From: an uncultured Alphaproteobacteria bacterium
GTDB taxonomy: Bacteria > Pseudomonadota > Alphaproteobacteria > Methylaequorales > Methylaequoraceae
Direction of reading: 5' to 3'
NCBI GenBank assembly: GCA_902590895.1
Contig: CACIYM010000001.1
Location: 160,555-224,554, forward strand
DNA: 64,000 bases
A model generated the notes under the pieces. It worked only from the letters and a program-made list of their open reading frames with translations. It had not been told where the DNA came from and made no database searches. The position numbers and the translations under genes were made by a program. This document shows, piece after piece, positions 60,120 to 64,000 of this stretch (the stretch's first letter is position 1; every line of letters begins with the position of its first letter).

Positions 60120-60419
60120 ATGTTTGTATTAAAAAAAATGAAAAAAATTGTTTTTTTATCATTTTTGTGTATTTTTATCCCTTGTTCATCATTTGCTCTT
60201 AACTTCTTTGAGATTTTTATGATTAAGACTGGGGTCGCCTTTGTTTACCACCAATACAATGACAAATCTCTAAATTATGAAAGTGAGCTTTCAAAAAAAA
60301 ATAAGATTTTGTCAAATTTTAATAATAAAAGGACTTTAACAATAAAATCAGAAAAGTTTAGTAATCTTCCTCTTCAGCAACAGCTACTAGTGATAGAGGA
60401 GTTAAATCTCCAAAAATAA
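60120..60419 (+). CDS. Small secreted hypothetical protein (99 aa)
   Basis: Signal-peptide-like N-terminus KIVFLSFLCIFIPCSSFA. Confidence 0.3.
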   Translation: MFVLKKMKKIVFLSFLCIFIPCSSFALNFFEIFMIKTGVAFVYHQYNDKSLNYESELSKKNKILSNFNNKRTLTIKSEKFSNLPLQQQLLVIEELNLQK

Positions 60420-60469
60420 TAATTTTTTTTAAAATTTATTTCTTCTATGTCGTTATCATTTTATATAGC

Positions 60470-60955
60470 ATGGTTAATGGTATGAAATTCTTAGTTTTAT
60501 TAATATTTCTTTTTTTTTCTGATAAAAGTGTGCAAGCAAATGCCTTTACAGAAATTTTTGGAAGCGAAGGTGCTGCAGGCATTAATAACCCAAAGATAAG
60601 AAGCTTAAGTTATGCTTTTCAATATTTAACATTGAGTGGCTCACTCGGATATGTTGGTAAACAACTTTTTGATTCAGGTTTTCTATCTCCATTAAATTTA
60701 AAGCCTGATTCTATCAATAACTTGTCTCCTCTAGGTTATAATGATTACTTTAAGATTAACAATCACAATGCTAATATTTTGGCTGTGAAAGCTAGTGTAG
60801 ACAAAATTAATTTAGCTAATAATTTAAATAACAAATTAACAAAAAAAAAATTTTCATTTAAATCTATAGAGTTCAGAAATAATAATAACTTTTATAAAAG
60901 TATATATAACTATGAAGAAAGGGATCAATTAATTGAAAGGTACATTAATGATTAG
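60470..60955 (+). CDS. Secreted hypothetical protein (161 aa)
   Basis: Signal-peptide-like N-terminus KFLVLLIFLFFSDKSVQA. Asn-rich. Confidence 0.3.
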   Translation: MVNGMKFLVLLIFLFFSDKSVQANAFTEIFGSEGAAGINNPKIRSLSYAFQYLTLSGSLGYVGKQLFDSGFLSPLNLKPDSINNLSPLGYNDYFKINNHNANILAVKASVDKINLANNLNNKLTKKKFSFKSIEFRNNNNFYKSIYNYEERDQLIERYIND

Positions 60956-61415
60956 AAAAATTTTTTTCATAATATGCTTAGCATTAGTATTTTCTAGTTG
61001 CACACTTTCAGATTTTAACAGAGATAATTTCGTTAAAACTTCTTCATCCGCAGCTGGGGGTTACATTGGTTATCATCTCTCGGATGGAGATTTATTTTCA
61101 ACTTCGATAGGTTCTACAGTAGGCCTAATTTTTGGTTCTTATTTAGCAGATTTTATCGGCCAAGACGATTATTTTTTTTATAAACAAGAGACACTAAAAA
61201 CCTTAGAAATAAATGATAATAATGAATCTTTAGTCACAGGTTATTGGAAAAACCCTAAAAGTGGTAATACTGGAGTTATTAAAATCAAGGGTTATTATGG
61301 AAAGCCAAATTGTAGATTAATTGAACATGTTTACATTAACCAAAACAACATTGCTCAAAACTCTTATGATACAGCTTGTAGAGCAGAAAGTGGGCAATGG
61401 GCAATGATAAAATAA
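60948..61415 (+). CDS. Outer-membrane lipoprotein with glycine-zipper domain (17-kDa antigen/SlyB-like)
   Basis: Lipobox LVFSSC after the internal Met (start set at 60948). Glycine-zipper stretch AAGGYIGYHLSDGDLFSTSIGSTVGLIFGSYLA. Confidence 0.55.
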   Translation: MIRKIFFIICLALVFSSCTLSDFNRDNFVKTSSSAAGGYIGYHLSDGDLFSTSIGSTVGLIFGSYLADFIGQDDYFFYKQETLKTLEINDNNESLVTGYWKNPKSGNTGVIKIKGYYGKPNCRLIEHVYINQNNIAQNSYDTACRAESGQWAMIK

Positions 61416-61458
61416 TTTAAGTTTATTTTTTTTTCAAAATTCATTATATCATATACCT

Positions 61459-62226
61459 ATGATAATAATATCTCCTGCAAAAAATTTGAACACTAATGTT
61501 GAATCTTTTATTAAGAGTGATTTCACAAACCCAGTATTCTTAAAAAAAACAAAAAAACTTTTAGGACTTTTAAAAAACTTAAATCAAATTGAAATCAAAG
61601 ATTTAATGAATATTAGTGATAATTTAGCTGAGCTAAATTATGGTAGGCTAAAAGTTCATTCGACTGAAAAAGCAATTTTAAAACCAGCAGCTTTTTTATT
61701 CTCCGGTGATACATTTAATGGTTTAGAAATAAGAACTTTTGACAATGAATCATTAAACTTAGCTCAGAGTAAACTTAGGATTCTATCAGGCTTATATGGA
61801 CTTTTAAAACCATTGGACCAAATAAGCCCTTATAGATTAGAAATGGGTACTAGTATAAAATTTATTTTGGGAGAAGAACTCTCAGATTTTTGGAAAAATG
61901 ACATAACGAAACTTATTAATGAAGAATTATATAAAAATAAAGATAAGTATTTATTTAATCTTGCATCAAATGAGTACTTTGAATCTATTGACAAAAAAAA
62001 AATTAAGTCCAGGGTTATCAACTTTGATTTTAAAAAAATAAAAAATAATAACTTAAGCGGTATAGGTATGATGATAAAAAAGTGCAGAGGTAGTATGGCA
62101 AAATTTCTAATTACCAAAAAAGTTAATAACCTTGACAGAATAAGGAAATTTTCAGAATTTGGGTTTATTTTTTACTCTTATGATGAATCGTTAAGTAAGT
62201 TTACTTTTGTAAAAAATGATAAGTAA
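61459..62226 (+). CDS. yaaA: Peroxide stress protein YaaA (UPF0246/DUF328)
   Basis: N-terminus MIIISPAKNL and overall similarity to E. coli YaaA (MLILISPAKTL...). 255 aa. Confidence 0.8.
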   Translation: MIIISPAKNLNTNVESFIKSDFTNPVFLKKTKKLLGLLKNLNQIEIKDLMNISDNLAELNYGRLKVHSTEKAILKPAAFLFSGDTFNGLEIRTFDNESLNLAQSKLRILSGLYGLLKPLDQISPYRLEMGTSIKFILGEELSDFWKNDITKLINEELYKNKDKYLFNLASNEYFESIDKKKIKSRVINFDFKKIKNNNLSGIGMMIKKCRGSMAKFLITKKVNNLDRIRKFSEFGFIFYSYDESLSKFTFVKNDK

Positions 62227-63133
62227 TGTTGTAGTCCAGATTCCTTGTTTAAACGAGGAATCAACGATTGGTGATGTAGTTAGAGGTTTTAAAAAAAAAC
62301 TTCCTAAAGCAAAAGTTATTGTTTACGACAACAATTCAACAGATAATTCTGTGAAACTAGCAAAAAAAAATGGAGCAGAAGTTACTCTTGTCAACAAAAA
62401 AGGTAAGGGTAATGTTGTACGAAGAATGTTTGAAGAAAACATAAATGCTAATTTTTTTATTATGATTGATGCTGATAATACATACGATATAGCTAATATA
62501 AAAGATATCTTAAAAAAAATGAAGGACGAAAGCTATGATATGATGGTCGCAAAAAGAATTCATAGTGATTCTTCTGCTTACAGAACTGGCCATGTTTTTG
62601 GGAATTATTTTTTTTCGAGATTTGTTAATTTAATTTTTGGTAACGATATAACTGATATATTTTCTGGTTTTAGAATTTTCTCAAAAAGATTTATTAAAAC
62701 TTTTCCACAAAATTCCTCAGAATTTGAGATTGAAGCTGAATTAACAATTCATGCACTAGAACAAAAAAATAGAATTGGTGAATTTGAATGTATTTATAAA
62801 GCTCGACCCTCTGGTTCTTTAAGTAAGCTTAATACTTATAAAGATGGTTTAAAAATACTAAAATTAATACTAGTTTTAATCAAAGATGAAAAACCTTTAC
62901 TTTTTTTCTCAATTTTTAGTTTTTTATTTTTTTTCTTATCCCTTTTAATAGGTATTCCAATCATTCATGAATTTTATTTAACCGGCTTAGTGAACAAATT
63001 ACCTTCAGCAGTTTTATCAGGGTTATTAATGATTGTATCTATTTTATTTTTCTTTGGTGGTTTAATTTTAGATGTAATTAAAAAAATAAGGTATGAAAAT
63101 AAAAGAATAAGTTTTTTACTCTACAAAGACTAG
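62216..63133 (+). CDS. Glycosyltransferase family 2 with C-terminal TM helices (GtrB/ArnC/DPM1-like polyprenyl-phosphate glycosyltransferase)
   Basis: GT-A motifs VVQIPCLNEE, VYDNNSTDNS and the DAD motif IMIDADNTYD. Two C-terminal TM segments. Overlaps yaaA by 11 nt. Confidence 0.8.
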   Translation: MISNVVVQIPCLNEESTIGDVVRGFKKKLPKAKVIVYDNNSTDNSVKLAKKNGAEVTLVNKKGKGNVVRRMFEENINANFFIMIDADNTYDIANIKDILKKMKDESYDMMVAKRIHSDSSAYRTGHVFGNYFFSRFVNLIFGNDITDIFSGFRIFSKRFIKTFPQNSSEFEIEAELTIHALEQKNRIGEFECIYKARPSGSLSKLNTYKDGLKILKLILVLIKDEKPLLFFSIFSFLFFFLSLLIGIPIIHEFYLTGLVNKLPSAVLSGLLMIVSILFFFGGLILDVIKKIRYENKRISFLLYKD

Positions 63134-63134
63134 T

Positions 63135-63410
63135 TTACTTTATTGGAATTGAGATTTTTTTAACTTTTTTACTTTTATTTTTTTTATAATTTTCATTGAT
63201 TATATTTTTTTTATTTTCATTTATTAACCAAACCATCTGCATTGCAAGTGAATGAACTCTTTTCGCGCTAGTTTCGCCTGATAAAAACCTTGCAAATTGA
63301 CGTTTGCTTATTCCCAGAGCGAATGAACCTGAATTTATAGTAAAATCATTTTTTTTCATCCATACTTTTATCTCATCAGGTGAGGGATTATCTATATCAA
63401 AAAAAAGCAT
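63135..63410 (-). CDS. Small hypothetical protein with HTH-like segment (91 aa)
   Basis: FALGISKRQFARFLSGETSAKR resembles a helix-turn-helix. Lys-rich C-terminus. Abuts the transporter gene with no gap. Confidence 0.3.
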   Translation of the reverse strand: MLFFDIDNPSPDEIKVWMKKNDFTINSGSFALGISKRQFARFLSGETSAKRVHSLAMQMVWLINENKKNIINENYKKNKSKKVKKISIPIK

Positions 63411-64000
63411 CTATTTTCTTCCAAGATATGATTGTTTTACAAGTAAGTAAAATTTATTTTCATCTACATTTTTTTTATCGATTTTTGATATCAAAAATAT
63501 AAATAAAAAAGATGTGATCATAGAAAAAAGTCCTGGGTATTTATACGGAAATATTGCTTTTTCAAAATTAAATATTTCTACCCAAACAGTTGGACTCAAT
63601 ATAACTAAAATTATTGCTGTAAATAAACCGATCATTCCTCCGACAAAAGCTCCGTTTGTGGTTAAACCTTTCCAAGTAATTGTCAAAAAAAGTATAGGAA
63701 AATTTGTGCTTGCAGCTATTGCAAAAGCTAAACCAACTAAAAAAGCAACATTTTGTCCCTCAAAAATAATTCCTAGTATAATTGCTAATATTCCGATAAA
63801 AACAGAAGATACTTTTGAAACAATAATTTCTTTTTTTTCATTAGCTTTTCCTTTATTAAATACGTACACATAAAGATCTCGTCCTATAGCTGATGCTCCA
63901 GCTAGGGTTAGTCCGGATACAACTGCCAATATTGTTGCAAAAGCCACCGCAGAAATAAAACCCAGAAAAATATCTCCACCCAAAACATGTGATAAATGAA
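63411..64000 (-). CDS. Sodium:solute symporter (SSS) family transporter, C-terminal portion (5' end beyond window)
   Basis: The frame stays open upstream of the track TTG 'start' (…[37 protein letters not shown]…). The GxxFxxAxxFATILAVxSG pattern and about 4 further TM segments fit the SSS-family C-terminal half. Confidence 0.55.
   Translation of the reverse strand, partial: HLSHVLGGDIFLGFISAVAFATILAVVSGLTLAGASAIGRDLYVYVFNKGKANEKKEIIVSKVSSVFIGILAIILGIIFEGQNVAFLVGLAFAIAASTNFPILFLTITWKGLTTNGAFVGGMIGLFTAIILVILSPTVWVEIFNFEKAIFPYKYPGLFSMITSFLFIFLISKIDKKNVDENKFYLLVKQSYLGRK

Noticed and set aside
1-64000. CRISPR arrays, rRNA genes, transposases/IS elements, integrases, phage genes
   Set aside because: Reading both strands, I found no regularly spaced direct repeats and no ORFs with transposase, integrase or phage-structural motifs. 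The high A/T homopolymer content (A/T runs of 9-11) is compositional, not repeat structure.

Overview
The window is a very AT-rich (roughly 30% G+C by eye), tightly packed bacterial chromosome segment. I annotate about 75 CDS and one tRNA. Intergenic spacers are mostly under 50 bp and many neighbouring genes overlap by 1-29 nt (ATGA/TGATG-type junctions). Gene content includes alphaproteobacterial-type 5-aminolevulinate synthase, formate-THF ligase, thiO-thiS-thiG, an NDUFA12-like protein and a streamlined gene set. Together with the base composition, this is consistent with a SAR11/Pelagibacterales-like marine alphaproteobacterium; that assignment is inference, not a database result. Most of the window is core housekeeping. 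Recognisable blocks are: an ExbB-ExbD-ExbD-TonB cluster; a NitT/TauT-type ABC importer; xseB-ispA-tlyA; aroC; fabI; pdxH; hemA; msrB; thiOSG; pyrE; fhs; galU-ugd-phosphomannomutase; clpSA; accBC-aroQ; rne; amiC-like amidase; PBP1A; prfB; bcp; tyrS; anmK; cysE followed by a complete iscR-iscSUA-hscBA-fdx-iscX Fe-S operon; and mnmA. Less ordinary spots are listed below. (1) prfB carries the classical programmed +1 frameshift, with an unusual GUU_UGA shift codon followed by an A10 run. (2) A tRNA-Met(CAU) gene is followed by an accessory-looking stretch: a class I methyltransferase interrupted by an in-frame TAA, a roughly 350 bp non-coding gap, several small signal-peptide proteins, a Met/His-rich beta-barrel outer-membrane protein, a glycine-zipper lipoprotein, yaaA and a GtrB-like GT2. 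(3) An orphan NrdJ C-terminal/Zn-ribbon (NrdJb-like) gene lies in an operon with ridA and a FemAB-like (PF04339) gene. (4) A TPR-sulfotransferase fusion sits next to envelope-glycan genes. (5) The TonB system is directly flanked by a porin-like OMP and an ABC importer, all on one strand. No CRISPR array, rRNA, transposase or IS element was seen.
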